DNA of 64,000 nt from an uncultured Gammaproteobacteria bacterium (GCA_963714975.1 CAVQQD010000002.1:1024001-1088000); one strand, 5' to 3'; counted from the first letter of the stretch, positions 1 to 10,172 are shown. The notes: generated by a model from the letters alone, not told the origin. Program-made: numbers and translations.

Positions 1-1989
1 TACAAATTGTACTGGCAAGCCACTACCTCCTCCAGGCAATGGCGGGCGTTGGAAGGCCGCTCCCTTAATACCCGCAATGCTATCTAGCATTTTTTGTGCG
101 ATTGGGGTCATTTCCATCGCCGTGCGCTTGCGCAGATCCCAAGTCTTCAGGCCGTCACCCACCAAAGCAGTATTAAAGCCATTTAACCCCACTAAGGTAA
201 AAGTCCGATCCGTTTCAGGAAAGGATAGGAAGCGCTTGGTGACTTCTCTGGCATAAAGTTGGGTCTGACCTAGATTCGCATTCGGTGCAGCCGTGATTTG
301 GGTAATTAGAATACCCTGATCCTCGATGGGTGCTAGTTCTGATTTTGCTGTGCTATATAAAAAATAAATGCTAAGCAAAATTACGATGGCGAACACGACG
401 GTGACGGGAAGATAATCTAAAGACCGATGTAAATAACGTTCATAGACGGTACGTAGCTTATGAAACTGATGATCAATATAGGTCACCAAGCGCTGCGAGG
501 ATTGTTTTTGCTGCGCTGGCTTGAGTAATTTCGAACACATCATGGGCGAAAGGGTTAAGGCGACAACGGCCGAAATCGCCACTGCACCTGCTAAAGTAAA
601 AGCAAACTCAGTGAACAAGGCACCGGTGAGTCCCCCCATAAAACCAATCGGCACATAAACGGCAATTAATACCACAGAAATCGCAATAATTGGGTTCGCT
701 AATTCCCGAGCCCCTTGGAGCGCTGCTTCGATAGGCGACATCCCAGCACCGATATGGCGATCAATATTTTCGACTACAATAATCGCGTCATCGACCACTA
801 AACCAATCGCTAATACAAAGGCTAGTAGAGTTAATAAATTAATTGTGTAACCAAACAATAACATGATAAAAAAAGCACCCACTAAAGACAGCGGAATAGC
901 AATAGCAGGAATACTCACCGAACGAATCGACCCTAAAAAAAGAAAAATCACTGCTGCTACAATAAGCAGCGCTTCCACTAAAGAGCCTATAACTTCGTGA
1001 ATTGAGCTGTTCACATAGGCAGATGCGTCATAGACGATTTTCGCCTTTAAGCCTTGGGGTAATTGCTGCTCAATTGCGGGAAACATCGTCCGTATTTCTT
1101 GAATCACATTTAATAAATTGGCTTTAGGAGCAACCTTAATGCCAATATAAACAGCTGATTGGTTGTTGTAACTGACTTCGGTATTATAATTTTCTGCACC
1201 GAGACTGACAGTGGCGACATCTTTTAAGCGCACGATGGCGCCATTTTGGGCTTTGATAATTAAGTTACGAAATTCCTCCACACTGTGTAAGTCAGTGCTG
1301 GCATTTAGATTGACGGTAATCAACCGACCATCGGTGCGCCCAGCGGCTGAAACCAAGGCATTGGCGCCTAAGACTGAATAAATATCTTGTGCTGTCACCC
1401 CAAACGCCGCTAATTTCACAGGGTCTAACCAAGCGCGCAAGGCAAATAATTTTTGTCCAAGTATCTCCGCTTGTTGCACACCCTCGATAGCCTGTAACTT
1501 GGGTTGTACTACCCGCACTAAATAGTCGGTTACTTGATTATTTTTCAATACCGTGCTGTAAAAGCCCATATACAAAGAATCAATGGTTTCACCGACAGCG
1601 ACTGTGATCACTGGTAGTTGGGAATTTTTGGGCAATTGATTGAGCACGGCATTGACTTTGGTATTTATATTGCTCACCGCAATATTGGAATCATAATTAA
1701 GCAGCAGATTGACTTGAATTGTACTGGTATTTTGATTGCTGGTAGAGGTCATATAGTCGATACCATTGGCTTGGGCAATCGAATTTTCTAATGGAGTGGT
1801 CAGAAAGCCAGCTACCGTTTGCGGGTCTGCTCCATAATAAGTGGTAGAAACAGTCACTACCGCATTTTCGGTATAGGGAAATTGACGAACACTCAGCAAA
1901 CCCAGTGAACGTAGGCCGAGCGCTAAAATCAACAAACTGACCACTGTGGCTAGCACCGGGCGGCGAATGAAAATATCGGTTATTTTCAT
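1..1989 (-). CDS. RND efflux permease (AcrB/MexF family), 3' end outside the window
   Basis: Manual translation from ATG 1989 gives MKITDIFIRRPVLATVVSLLILALGLRSLG...; the IGLVVDDAIIVVEN motif is present; ATGA overlap with the adaptor gene stop. Missing from the ORF track because it is truncated. Confidence 0.95.
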   Translation of the reverse strand, partial: MKITDIFIRRPVLATVVSLLILALGLRSLGLLSVRQFPYTENAVVTVSTTYYGADPQTVAGFLTTPLENSIAQANGIDYMTSTSNQNTSTIQVNLLLNYDSNIAVSNINTKVNAVLNQLPKNSQLPVITVAVGETIDSLYMGFYSTVLKNNQVTDYLVRVVQPKLQAIEGVQQAEILGQKLFALRAWLDPVKLAAFGVTAQDIYSVLGANALVSAAGRTDGRLITVNLNASTDLHSVEEFRNLIIKAQNGAIVRLKDVATVSLGAENYNTEVSYNNQSAVYIGIKVAPKANLLNVIQEIRTMFPAIEQQLPQGLKAKIVYDASAYVNSSIHEVIGSLVEALLIVAAVIFLFLGSIRSVSIPAIAIPLSLVGAFFIMLLFGYTINLLTLLAFVLAIGLVVDDAIIVVENIDRHIGAGMSPIEAALQGARELANPIIAISVVLIAVYVPIGFMGGLTGALFTEFAFTLAGAVAISAVVALTLSPMMCSKLLKPAQQKQSSQRLVTYIDHQFHKLRTVYERYLHRSLDYLPVTVVFAIVILLSIYFLYSTAKSELAPIEDQGILITQITAAPNANLGQTQLYAREVTKRFLSFPETDRTFTLVGLNGFNTALVGDGLKTWDLRKRTAMEMTPIAQKMLDSIAGIKGAAFQRPPLPGGGSGLPVQFV

Positions 1990-3176
1990 GACTGCTTCGC
2001 TCCGGACTTGGAATTTTCACTAGAAGCTTCGCTAATGCTCACCGCTGAACCATTTCTGAGCTTAAGCTGACCCGCGGTGACCACCCGGTCTCCTGGTTTC
2101 AGTCCGCGCAAAATGGCGGTTTGTTCATCTCGAGTTTCGCCAACAGTGACGAAAGTTTGGGTCACTATCCACTTGGCCTTTCCATTAACTTCCCTCTCGG
2201 CATTACTCCTTCTCCCCTTGTGGGAGAAGGTGGCCGCAGGCCGGATGAGAGGTGAAGATTTCACTACATAGATTATTTCACCATAGGAATTAAAGCTGAC
2301 AGCCGTTTGTGGCACAGTCAAATAGGTTTGCGGCTTGCCAGTAGTAATAGTAACTGGCGCAAACATACCCGGTTTCAGTTCATATTTAGGATTAGGGAGA
2401 GTTGCTTCTATTTCCACATTACGCGTGGCAGTTTCTACCATGGGTTCAATCGTAGTAATTTTTCCCCGAAAAACTTTGTTAGGCACGCTGTCTGCTGCTA
2501 GGGTTACATTCTGTCCTACTGCTAATTTTTCCAGCATTTGCTGTGGTAAATAAAAATCGACATAAATGGGATCAAAGGATTGTAAATTGACAATCTTATC
2601 TCCTGGATTCAGATATTGGCCTGGATTGACCGCATTGACGCCTAAGCGCCCGCTAAAAGGAGCGCGAATAATTTTTTTATTTACCGTGGCTAGTTGCTGT
2701 GCTACTTGAGCTTGGGTGCTTTTTAAATTTGCAGTGTCGGTATCCAACACGGCTTTACTAACAGCTTGAATGGCATACTGAGCTTTGTCGCGGTTGTAAT
2801 TAATTTCCGCTAAAGTGGCCTGAGCTTGTAAGGAATGTAGCAAGGCAACATCAGTATCGATATTAAGTTCAACCAGTAATTCACCCTGTTTTACCTCAGC
2901 GCCTGGTTTAAAGTAAATGGTGCGGACCATGCCGGCTAATTCAGTAGTCACATTCACACCACGAATAGCCCGAACACTACCCACGGCCTTGAGGGTGGGC
3001 TGCCATTGGGTGTAGTGCGCTATTGCAGTTTCAACCGCAATCGGTTTTCCTGCTGCAGCTGCAGCAGCTCGGCCAGCAATATAGCCCGCAATGGCCTTAT
3101 AAATGAAAATAACGGTGAACAATGCTCCTAAACAAAGGAGCATTAACATCATCCTTTTTTTGATCCGCTCTTCCAA
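1986..3176 (-). CDS. RND efflux periplasmic adaptor (MFP) with an in-frame palindromic repeat insertion
   Basis: N-terminal TM, IRAPFSGRLG and GDRVVTAGQLKL motifs; lies between the outer-membrane factor and the permease. Confidence 0.95.
   Translation of the reverse strand: MEERIKKRMMLMLLCLGALFTVIFIYKAIAGYIAGRAAAAAAGKPIAVETAIAHYTQWQPTLKAVGSVRAIRGVNVTTELAGMVRTIYFKPGAEVKQGELLVELNIDTDVALLHSLQAQATLAEINYNRDKAQYAIQAVSKAVLDTDTANLKSTQAQVAQQLATVNKKIIRAPFSGRLGVNAVNPGQYLNPGDKIVNLQSFDPIYVDFYLPQQMLEKLAVGQNVTLAADSVPNKVFRGKITTIEPMVETATRNVEIEATLPNPKYELKPGMFAPVTITTGKPQTYLTVPQTAVSFNSYGEIIYVVKSSPLIRPAATFSHKGRRSNAEREVNGKAKWIVTQTFVTVGETRDEQTAILRGLKPGDRVVTAGQLKLRNGSAVSISEASSENSKSGAKQS
2208..2254. repeat. Family-A palindromic repeat inside the MFP coding sequence
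   Basis: ccttctccccttgtgggagaaggtggccgcaggccggatgagagg is nearly identical to the intergenic copy at 23738-23783; translated as PLIRPAATFSHKGRR. Confidence 0.92.
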
Positions 3177-3188
3177 AGCTGAAAATCC

Positions 3189-4721
3189 TTATATAAAATC
3201 TCCAATGATTTTTTCTAGCCCGCCTGCTTTTATTTCCGAGGGAGGTAACAAGGGCCGATTCCACCAACCACCGCCTAAGGCTTGAAATAAAGCAGCAGTA
3301 TCGATATAACGCTGCGCTTGGGCTTGAATTCTGGCAATCTTAGCTCTTTGGTATTGTAACTCAGCTAATAATAAGGTGGGATAATTGATTGCTCCCAAGG
3401 TAAATTGCTTACGACTAATATCCAAGCTCTTATAAGCGGATGCTTCAGCCTGGGCTTGCGCGCGCAATTCATAAGCATCCATTTCCACAGCACGCAAACT
3501 ATCGGCAACATTTTGAAATGCTTGCAGCACGGTTTGTTGGTATTGCGCGGCCGCTTGTTGATAGGCGGCAATAGCCGCCCGCCGTTGCGCAGAAAGCGTG
3601 CCCGCATCGAATAGAGTCTGCAACATTTGGAACATATAATTCCAATAGGTTGTGCGCTCCCGGAATAGATTCTTGAGTTGGGTCGCCTCAGTACCATACA
3701 CAGCGGTTAGAGTAAATTGTGGCAACATATTCGCGGTGGCCACGCCAATCTGGGCGTTGGCGGCATGCATTAGCGCTTCAGCTGCCTGTACGTCGGGCCG
3801 TTGCCGCACTAATGCCGAAGGAATGCTTAAGGGCAAGTGCCGAGGTAAATGCAGCTGATTCAAATCGAAATAAGGAATGCAGCTTTCACTGGGTAATTGA
3901 CCAATTAATGCCGCCAAAGCATTGCGCGTCTGGGTGAGGTTTTTCTCAAGGGGTGGCAGCATGGCGATGGTTTGCGCTAATAAGGTTTCTTGGGAATAAA
4001 CATCCGCTCCTGAAGCGCCCCCTAAGCTAAATTGGCCTTTAATAATTTTGAGCGTTTTTTCTTCGGCTTTGATCAATTCATGGGTCGCTTGAATTTGGGC
4101 CCGCAAAGAAGCTTCAGTGATAGCTGTGGTGACAATGTTTGCGGTTAAATTTAAATAAGTGGCTTCAAGTTCAAATTGTTGGAAATCCACCTGAGCGCCT
4201 AATGCCTCAAGCTGTCGCCGTATGCCACCGAATACATCGAAGGTGTAGCTCACATTAATTGCGGCATTAAAAAGGTTAAATTCAGTGGGTGCGACAGTGC
4301 TTTGACCTATCGTAGCCCCAGTAAAACGTTGTTTGCCAGCATTTGATTGCCCTGTTACCAAAGGCAGTAACATCCCCACCTCAGCGCGCAAATTTTCTTG
4401 CGCCACTCTTAATGCCGCTCGTGCCGCGGCAATAGTAGGATTATTGATAATTCCTTGTTCAATTAAAGCATTTAAGTCGGGTGAATGGAACAAGGCCCAC
4501 CATTGAGCTGGGATATCTTGGCAAGGGACAAAATATTGCGCCTGCCCACCAGGGGAGGCTGCGGTGGTGGTTTTGCGGGGTAATGGGGTTTCGGTATAGC
4601 GTTGCGGCTGAGGAGCTGGAGGCGGATGAAAGTTTGGCCCCGCCATACAACCGGCGATAAAGAGCACGAAAAAGAAGAGAAATTCAATGATTAGACCGCG
4701 GAATAAAGATTTTAAGTACAT
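3189..4721 (-). CDS. Efflux outer-membrane lipoprotein (NodT/OprM/TolC family)
   Basis: Lipobox FIAGC, RPDVQAAE motif, C-terminal LFQALGGGWW. Confidence 0.95.
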   Translation of the reverse strand: MYLKSLFRGLIIEFLFFFVLFIAGCMAGPNFHPPPAPQPQRYTETPLPRKTTTAASPGGQAQYFVPCQDIPAQWWALFHSPDLNALIEQGIINNPTIAAARAALRVAQENLRAEVGMLLPLVTGQSNAGKQRFTGATIGQSTVAPTEFNLFNAAINVSYTFDVFGGIRRQLEALGAQVDFQQFELEATYLNLTANIVTTAITEASLRAQIQATHELIKAEEKTLKIIKGQFSLGGASGADVYSQETLLAQTIAMLPPLEKNLTQTRNALAALIGQLPSESCIPYFDLNQLHLPRHLPLSIPSALVRQRPDVQAAEALMHAANAQIGVATANMLPQFTLTAVYGTEATQLKNLFRERTTYWNYMFQMLQTLFDAGTLSAQRRAAIAAYQQAAAQYQQTVLQAFQNVADSLRAVEMDAYELRAQAQAEASAYKSLDISRKQFTLGAINYPTLLLAELQYQRAKIARIQAQAQRYIDTAALFQALGGGWWNRPLLPPSEIKAGGLEKIIGDFI

Positions 4722-4828
4722 TCCTTGTAGACCCCTGAATCAAACCAAGGCCAAGTGTACCAAAAATGTTTACACAATAAAATTCTAGACATACAATTTC
4801 GCTGGTTAAAAGATTAATAATGAGGAAC

Positions 4829-5103
4829 ATGTCTATGACAAAGCGAGATGAGCTGAAATGTAATGCTTTTGGAGCTGCGACGGTTGGCGCAATGTTGCTT
4901 AGGGTTTGCAGCGACTGTTTGAGCTTTATGCTGGGACCATTCCGATGCGAAATGCTGGTTTGGGTTGTGGAATAACTTTAGGTGGGCTTGCGGTGCTTGC
5001 TTTCCTGGTAGCCCTGAGATTTTGGGTTGCCAATTTACGTGAGCAGCCTGATCCGCAAGATAAGTCTCTCCGCAAGCTTTTAGCTAAGGGATTTGGTTGC
5101 TAG
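4829..5103 (+). pseudogene. Small membrane protein, apparently frameshifted near 4900
   Basis: SD gagga plus ATG 4829 gives MSMTKRDELKCNAFGAATVGAMLL...; a second frame (4906-5103) continues with a TM helix. Confidence 0.35.
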
Positions 5104-5139
5104 ACCCTCTGTAGGGGAAAAAAATAATTTCCCCCCCAC

Positions 5140-5231
5140 TCTCCGTCATCCCTCGCTTCGCTCGGGATGACGGAGAGCCAAGCTCCTCGGGATGACGGAG
5201 AGCCTAACCTCCCTTTTCCAAAGGGAGGGAT
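5140..5231. repeat. Family-B (gtcatccc..cgcttcgctcgggatgac) and family-D (cctcccttt..aaagggagg) palindromes
   Basis: ctctccgtcatccc-tcgcttcgctc-gggatgacggagag hairpin, a partial second copy, then cctcccttttccaaagggagg. Confidence 0.8.
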
Positions 5232-5267
5232 TATTTAATCTAGGGAAGACAAGTCAAGGGCGCAGGG

Positions 5268-5846
5268 ATGAAACACATCGACAAAAAAACTAGCATTATT
5301 ATTTCCATTCTTTTTCCAGTGCTGATTGTAGCCTGGAACTTAGGCTTTGATCTTGGAGTTTTCGGTACTGTGTTGTATCGAAACTTAATGAATGCCTGGA
5401 TCTTTGTCACCGCCACTTTGATCACGACAGTTTACTTAAAGTGGCGCCACAAAATTTATGTCAATTTTTTTAGTTTTTTTCTGATCTTTCTTGGTACGTT
5501 ATGGCCTTTACTTGATTTTTTAGATCAACACGCTGAAAGCGACATTATCCATTATATGGTGGTAGCCTATTATGGCATTATGGCAATCTCCCTGGGATAT
5601 ACGCTCTATGTGTTTTTAAAATTGATTAAATATGACATCTTTGAACCACTGACCAAAACGCACTTAGTATTTGTTATTATCAGTGTTTTGGCCGTGGGCT
5701 TTTCTGGGTATCAATTGGGTTCACATCATTATCTTTTTCTAGCCTGTGGGCATTTTAGAATAAGCGGCGAGTTTATCCCCCCCAATTGTTATAAACACCC
5801 TTCTCATAATTTTCCTACCTTTTACCGCAAGGCATGGAAAAGTTGA
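5268..5846 (+). CDS. Hypothetical integral membrane protein (about 5 TM)
   Basis: 192-aa ORF with several hydrophobic helices. Confidence 0.8.
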   Translation: MKHIDKKTSIIISILFPVLIVAWNLGFDLGVFGTVLYRNLMNAWIFVTATLITTVYLKWRHKIYVNFFSFFLIFLGTLWPLLDFLDQHAESDIIHYMVVAYYGIMAISLGYTLYVFLKLIKYDIFEPLTKTHLVFVIISVLAVGFSGYQLGSHHYLFLACGHFRISGEFIPPNCYKHPSHNFPTFYRKAWKS

Positions 5847-5903
5847 AGTAATCAACCAAACCTCATAGAATCATGATCCCTTCATAGCCTAAGAGATGAA
5901 AAT

Positions 5904-7574
5904 ATGGCGCAATATATTTATACGATGCAAGATGTGGGCAAAATAGTCCCGCCTAAACGAGAAATTCTAAAAAAAATCTGGTTGTCATTTTATCCAGGAG
6001 CCAAAATTGGGGTATTAGGCTTCAATGGCTCAGGTAAATCCACATTGCTAAAAATCATGGCTGGTGTCGATAAAGATTACGAAGGTAAGGCATTTCCCCT
6101 CTCTGGAACTAAAATTGGCTATTTACACCAAGAACCGCAACTCGATCCTAAGAAAACGGTGCGAGGAAATATTGAAGAAGGCATGGGGGAAGAACTGAAA
6201 TTACTTGAACGCTTTGATGAAATTAGTCTGCGTTTCGCCGAGCCAATGAGTGAAGAAGAAATGACCCAATTATTGGATGAACAAGGGGAATTACAACAAA
6301 AAATTGACGCAGCTGGACTTTGGGAACTAGGCCACAAATTAGAAATTGCCGCAGATGCGTTGCGCTTGCCTCCCTGGGATGCCGAGGTCAGCAAACTCTC
6401 CGGGGGTGAACGACGTCGCGTGGCATTATGTCGTTTGTTACTTTCAAAGCCTGACATGCTCTTACTGGACGAACCGACTAATCACTTAGATGCTGAAAGT
6501 GTGGCCTGGCTGGAACGATTTCTCCATGATTACTCGGGTACGGTGGTCGCAGTAACTCATGATCGCTATTTTCTCGACAATGTGGCTGGCTGGATTTTGG
6601 AATTGGATCGAGGTGCGGGTATTCCCTATGAGGGAAATTATTCTGCCTGGTTAGAACAAAAAGAAAAACGTCTAGAACAAGAGCATCGCCAGAAAGAAGC
6701 CCATGCTAAATCCCTGCAAGCCGAATTAGAATGGGTTCGCAGTAACCCCAAGGGCCGCCAAGCTAAAAGTAAAGCCCGTCTTGCTCGCTTTGAAGAAATG
6801 AATTCTCGCGAATTTCAAAAACGCTCTGAAACGCAAGAGTTATATATCCCACCCGGTCCACGCTTAGGTAGTTTAGTTATTGAAGTCGAAAATTTGAGTA
6901 AAAAATTTGCTGATCGTTTATTATTTGAAAACTTGAGTTTTAATATGCCTCAAGGGGCTGTGGTTGGCATTATCGGTCCTAATGGCGCTGGAAAATCTAC
7001 CTTGTTTAAACTCCTGGTCAATCAAGAACAACCCGATAGTGGCAGCATTCGTCTCGGTGAAACTGTGCGATTAGCCTATGTGGATCAAAGCCGTGATTCT
7101 TTAGATGGGACTAAAACGGTGTGGCAAGAAATATCCAATGGTCAGGACTTATTAACCATCAATGACTATCAAATTCCTTCTCGCAATTATGTTGGGCGAT
7201 TTAATTTTAAAGGACCCGATCAGCAAAAATTCATTAAAGATCTTTCTGGCGGTGAACGCAATCGAGTGCATTTGGCAAAATTATTAAGCAGCGGCGGCAA
7301 TGTGTTATTGCTCGATGAACCCACCAATGATCTTGATGTGGAAACTCTCCGCGCCTTAGAGGAGGCGATTTTAAGTTTCCCAGGTAACGTGATGGTTATC
7401 TCTCACGACCGCTGGTTTTTAGATCGAATTTCTACTCACATTCTTGCTTTTGAAGAAGATAGCACTGTGACTTTCTTTGCCGGGAATTACACGGAATATG
7501 AACAAGATCGAATCCGGCGCTTAGGTGAGCAAGCCAAGCAACCGCATAGGGTGAAGTATAAGAAGCTGAAATAA
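5904..7574 (+). CDS. ettA: Energy-dependent translational throttle protein EttA (ABC-F)
   Basis: MAQYIYTM start, two Walker A and LSGGE domains, [19 protein letters not shown] linker. Confidence 0.97.
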   Translation: MAQYIYTMQDVGKIVPPKREILKKIWLSFYPGAKIGVLGFNGSGKSTLLKIMAGVDKDYEGKAFPLSGTKIGYLHQEPQLDPKKTVRGNIEEGMGEELKLLERFDEISLRFAEPMSEEEMTQLLDEQGELQQKIDAAGLWELGHKLEIAADALRLPPWDAEVSKLSGGERRRVALCRLLLSKPDMLLLDEPTNHLDAESVAWLERFLHDYSGTVVAVTHDRYFLDNVAGWILELDRGAGIPYEGNYSAWLEQKEKRLEQEHRQKEAHAKSLQAELEWVRSNPKGRQAKSKARLARFEEMNSREFQKRSETQELYIPPGPRLGSLVIEVENLSKKFADRLLFENLSFNMPQGAVVGIIGPNGAGKSTLFKLLVNQEQPDSGSIRLGETVRLAYVDQSRDSLDGTKTVWQEISNGQDLLTINDYQIPSRNYVGRFNFKGPDQQKFIKDLSGGERNRVHLAKLLSSGGNVLLLDEPTNDLDVETLRALEEAILSFPGNVMVISHDRWFLDRISTHILAFEEDSTVTFFAGNYTEYEQDRIRRLGEQAKQPHRVKYKKLK

Positions 7575-7587
7575 CTTAGGACACAAT

Positions 7588-7704
7588 CCCTTCTCCCCTT
7601 GGGGAGAAGGTGCCGAAGGCGGATGAGAGTCTTTGCAATGGCTTTCAGCGTTTTGAAACACCCTCTCCCGCCTTCGGCACTCTCTCCCGCAAGCGGGAGA
7701 GTGG
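7588..7704. repeat. Inverted doublet of family-A repeats between convergent genes (possible bidirectional terminator)
   Basis: cccttctccccttggggagaaggtgccgaaggcggatgag ... ccgccttcggcactctctcccgcaagcgggagag. Confidence 0.88.
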
Positions 7705-7751
7705 ATTTCCGTGCCACACCACTCTCTTAATTTGGGAGTCATCTAGTTACA

Positions 7752-7973
7752 TTAAAGAAACACCTCTTCTAAGGTGGAAGCCTCAAAAATACGCTCACCC
7801 CACAACAATAAAGTTTCAGCACTTGCCTGTTGAATTCGCGCAAGATAATTAGCAGGTATATGAAGGAAACGACGCTGTAATTGGCGAATTAATAGCTTAG
7901 ATTCACCTTGCTGTATACCTTGTTTGATCCCCTTTTCAATACCAAGTCTCTCTGGAGTAGTAATATATCTCAT
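7752..7973 (-). CDS. Putative intragenic small C-terminal protein (RpnS-like), 73 aa
   Basis: In-frame ATG 7973 preceded by GAGGAGG (7982-7988) at an 8-nt spacing. Confidence 0.55.
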   Translation of the reverse strand: MRYITTPERLGIEKGIKQGIQQGESKLLIRQLQRRFLHIPANYLARIQQASAETLLLWGERIFEASTLEEVFL

Positions 7974-8714
7974 CTGTTTTTCCTCCTCGATGTTTTTTAT
8001 TGTTTGATTGTATATTGGTTCTTGCTCTTTCGGAAGAGCAATAAGCCAATCGATCAGAGTAAATAATTGAATAATATCGCGTTTAGTATAACCCTTTTTA
8101 TACAACTGACGAGTCAAAGCAGTCTTGGCATGTAAACGCGCTTCGCTATCCTGCCGTGTTTTCAGTGCCACTAATTGTGCCAATATCACCATGGCAAAAC
8201 GATTGTTCATGGCTTCTAGTTCTTGCCAGCGCTTTTGATAATCCAATATTTTTATAACTAAATAACGCACTTCCTGATAGGTTCCAAAACATGCTTCACG
8301 GTAATAATCAGTGCGCCAATCTGGATCGTTATCAATTAAAATAGCAATGCTAACAACGGGTAGATTCCAAAAATCAGAAATTCGATACCGATAAATCATC
8401 ATCCGACGCGGTAAGTTTCCTCTCTTAGGATCCCTTTCAACCTCAAGGTGACACAATATTAAAGTTTGTTTTCCATTTTTTCCATGGACTTTGATTAATT
8501 TATCTGCAATGCAATTACCAATTGCCGCATGACGTGTTATTTTACTTAATTCTTTATCAAGTGATTCCCAATTTTTGGACCAATCGATTTGCGTGGCAAT
8601 ATCCGGCAAGCAAAATTCCATAAAATCACGAAAATATAATCCTAAACCGTATTTCCAAGGACGATCAAAATCAGCCCGGGTATTCTTGTTTTTTGTTTTT
8701 AGCTCATGAGTCAT
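7752..8714 (-). CDS. Rpn-like PD-(D/E)XK nuclease/putative transposase with DUF4351-type C-terminus, copy 1
   Basis: DFDRPWK...IDW...LDKEL, ADKL...HLEV motifs; MRYITTPERLGIEKGIKQG repeat; LIRQLQRRF...LEEVF tail. Confidence 0.85.
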   Translation of the reverse strand: MTHELKTKNKNTRADFDRPWKYGLGLYFRDFMEFCLPDIATQIDWSKNWESLDKELSKITRHAAIGNCIADKLIKVHGKNGKQTLILCHLEVERDPKRGNLPRRMMIYRYRISDFWNLPVVSIAILIDNDPDWRTDYYREACFGTYQEVRYLVIKILDYQKRWQELEAMNNRFAMVILAQLVALKTRQDSEARLHAKTALTRQLYKKGYTKRDIIQLFTLIDWLIALPKEQEPIYNQTIKNIEEEKQMRYITTPERLGIEKGIKQGIQQGESKLLIRQLQRRFLHIPANYLARIQQASAETLLLWGERIFEASTLEEVFL

Positions 8715-8772
8715 GAACTCATATTAAAAGAAACAGCGGAATGCACAATACCGTAGTCCCGGAGTTTTTATA

Positions 8773-8809
8773 CCTTCTCCCCTTTTGGGGAGAAGGTGCC
8801 GAAGGCGGA
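8773..8809. repeat. Truncated family-A repeat at a deletion junction
   Basis: ccttctccccttttggggagaaggtgccgaaggcgga is fused directly to the duplicated module at 8810. Confidence 0.85.
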
Positions 8810-8825
8810 CGCTACCCTTGCCACT

Positions 8826-9029
8826 TTATCGACCCAACCTCACTCTTCTCCTCTCACATCCCAAATCGCCACAAAATGCTGTCCTACCACCCCACAATGG
8901 CTGCGAGGATTTAAAGCAGACAACATTCTGATTTGACAATGGAAATACCACGAACGATTGACACGTGAGAGAAAAATAATTGAAGCTGTTTTGCACGGAC
9001 GCAAGATGCGTTAAACTGACTGCAGCCAT
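8826..9029 (-). CDS. 67-aa small protein under putative antisense control, copy 1
   Basis: SD AGGAG then ATG 9029 (MAAVSLTHLASVQNSF...); same length and frame in both copies; sigma70-like promoter upstream. Confidence 0.5.
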   Translation of the reverse strand: MAAVSLTHLASVQNSFNYFSLTCQSFVVFPLSNQNVVCFKSSQPLWGGRTAFCGDLGCERRRVRLGR

Positions 9030-9098
9030 GGTGAATCTCCTTCTTAGATTCCAGTGGTTAGCGTGTGGCCAGGTGTTAGTGCACCTACCACACGCGCC
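9024..9098 (+). ncRNA. SymR-like cis-antisense RNA, copy 1
   Basis: -10 TAAACT (9012-9017) lies antisense to codons 5-6; the predicted RNA covers the ATG and SD and ends in hairpin gcgtgtgg..ggtg-ttagtg-cacc..ccacacgc. Confidence 0.55.
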
Positions 9099-9099
9099 T

Positions 9100-9128
9100 A
9101 TTATCATTAGTTTATTTTAAGCTGGCAA
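9100..9128 (-). promoter_or_regulatory. sigma70-like promoter TTGCCA-N17-GATAAT (also present in copy 2)
   Basis: -35 at 9128-9123 and -10 at 9105-9100, 17-bp spacer. Confidence 0.6.
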
Positions 9129-9173
9129 CTGTTTTTTTAAAAAATGTAACTCTCCAGAGGTCATCTAGTTACA

Positions 9174-9431
9174 TTAAAGAAACACTTCTTCTAAGGTGGA
9201 AACCTCAAAAATACGCTCACCCCACAACAATAAAGTTTCGGCACTTGCCTGTTGAATTCGCGCAAGATAATTAGCAGGTACATGGAGGAAACGACGCTGT
9301 AATTGGCGAATTAATAGATTAGATTCACCCCGCTGTATACCTTTCTTTATGCCTTTCTTTATGCCTTTCTGTATACCTTGTTTGATCCCCTGTTCAATGC
9401 CAAGTCTTTCTGGAGTAGTAATATATCTCAT
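9174..9431 (-). CDS. Putative intragenic RpnS-like protein, 85 aa
   Basis: In-frame ATG 9431 preceded by GAGGAG (9441-9446). Confidence 0.55.
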   Translation of the reverse strand: MRYITTPERLGIEQGIKQGIQKGIKKGIKKGIQRGESNLLIRQLQRRFLHVPANYLARIQQASAETLLLWGERIFEVSTLEEVFL

Positions 9432-10172
9432 GTGTTGTTTCTCCTCGATGTTTTTTATTGATTGATTGTATATTGGCTCTTGCTCTTTGGGAAGAGCAAT
9501 AAGCCAATCGATCAGAGTAAATAATTGCATAATATCGCGTTTAGTATAACCCTTTTTATACAACTGACGAGTCAAAGCAGTCTTGGCATGTAAACGCGCT
9601 TCGCTATTCTGCTGTGTTTTCAGTGCCACTAATTGTGCTAATATCACCGTGGCAAAACGATTGTTCATCACCTCAAGCTCTTGCCAACGCGTTTGATAAT
9701 CCAATATTTTTATAGCTAAATAACGCACTTCCTGATAGGTTCCAAAACATGCTTCACGGTAATAATCAGTGCGCCAATCTGGATCGTTATCAATTAAAAT
9801 AGCAATGCTAACAACGGGTAGATTCCAAAAATCAGAAATTCGATACCGATAAATCATCATCCGACGCGGTAAGTTTCCTCTCTTAGGATCCCTTTCAACC
9901 TCAAGGTGACACAATATTAAAGTTTGTTTTCCATTTTTTCCATGGACTTTGATTAATTTATCTGCAATGCAATTACCAATTGCGGCATGGCGTGTTATTT
10001 TATTTAATTCTTTATCGAGTGATTCCCAATTTTTGGACCAATCGATTTGCGTGGCAATATCCGGCAAGCAAAATTCCATAAAATCACGAAAATATAATCC
10101 TAAACCGTATTTCCAAGGACGATCAAAATCAGCCCGGGTATTCTTGTTTTTTGTTTTTAGCTCATGAGTCAT
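9174..10172 (-). CDS. Rpn-like nuclease with DUF4351-type C-terminus, copy 2
   Basis: Near-identical to 7752-8714; 12 extra residues from expansion of the GIxx repeat. Confidence 0.85.
   Translation of the reverse strand: MTHELKTKNKNTRADFDRPWKYGLGLYFRDFMEFCLPDIATQIDWSKNWESLDKELNKITRHAAIGNCIADKLIKVHGKNGKQTLILCHLEVERDPKRGNLPRRMMIYRYRISDFWNLPVVSIAILIDNDPDWRTDYYREACFGTYQEVRYLAIKILDYQTRWQELEVMNNRFATVILAQLVALKTQQNSEARLHAKTALTRQLYKKGYTKRDIMQLFTLIDWLIALPKEQEPIYNQSIKNIEEKQHMRYITTPERLGIEQGIKQGIQKGIKKGIKKGIQRGESNLLIRQLQRRFLHVPANYLARIQQASAETLLLWGERIFEVSTLEEVFL

Larger units (their letters stand above)
8810..9145. repeat. About 335-bp duplicated module, copy 1 (copy 2 at 10949-11285)
   Basis: Near-identical sequence at an offset of 2139 bp. 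Confidence 0.95.

Noticed and set aside
3189-3255. C-terminal tail of the outer-membrane factor as a family-D repeat insertion
   Set aside because: The resemblance (cctccc...gggc) is too degenerate to support.
7487-7852. Short ORFs 7487-7717, 7521-7742 and 7610-7852 (also 10296-10481)
   Set aside because: They are translations of GC-rich palindromic repeats or antisense shadows.
7752-10172. rpn genes as classical insertion sequences
   Set aside because: No terminal inverted repeats or target-site duplications, and no DDE or HUH transposase motif.
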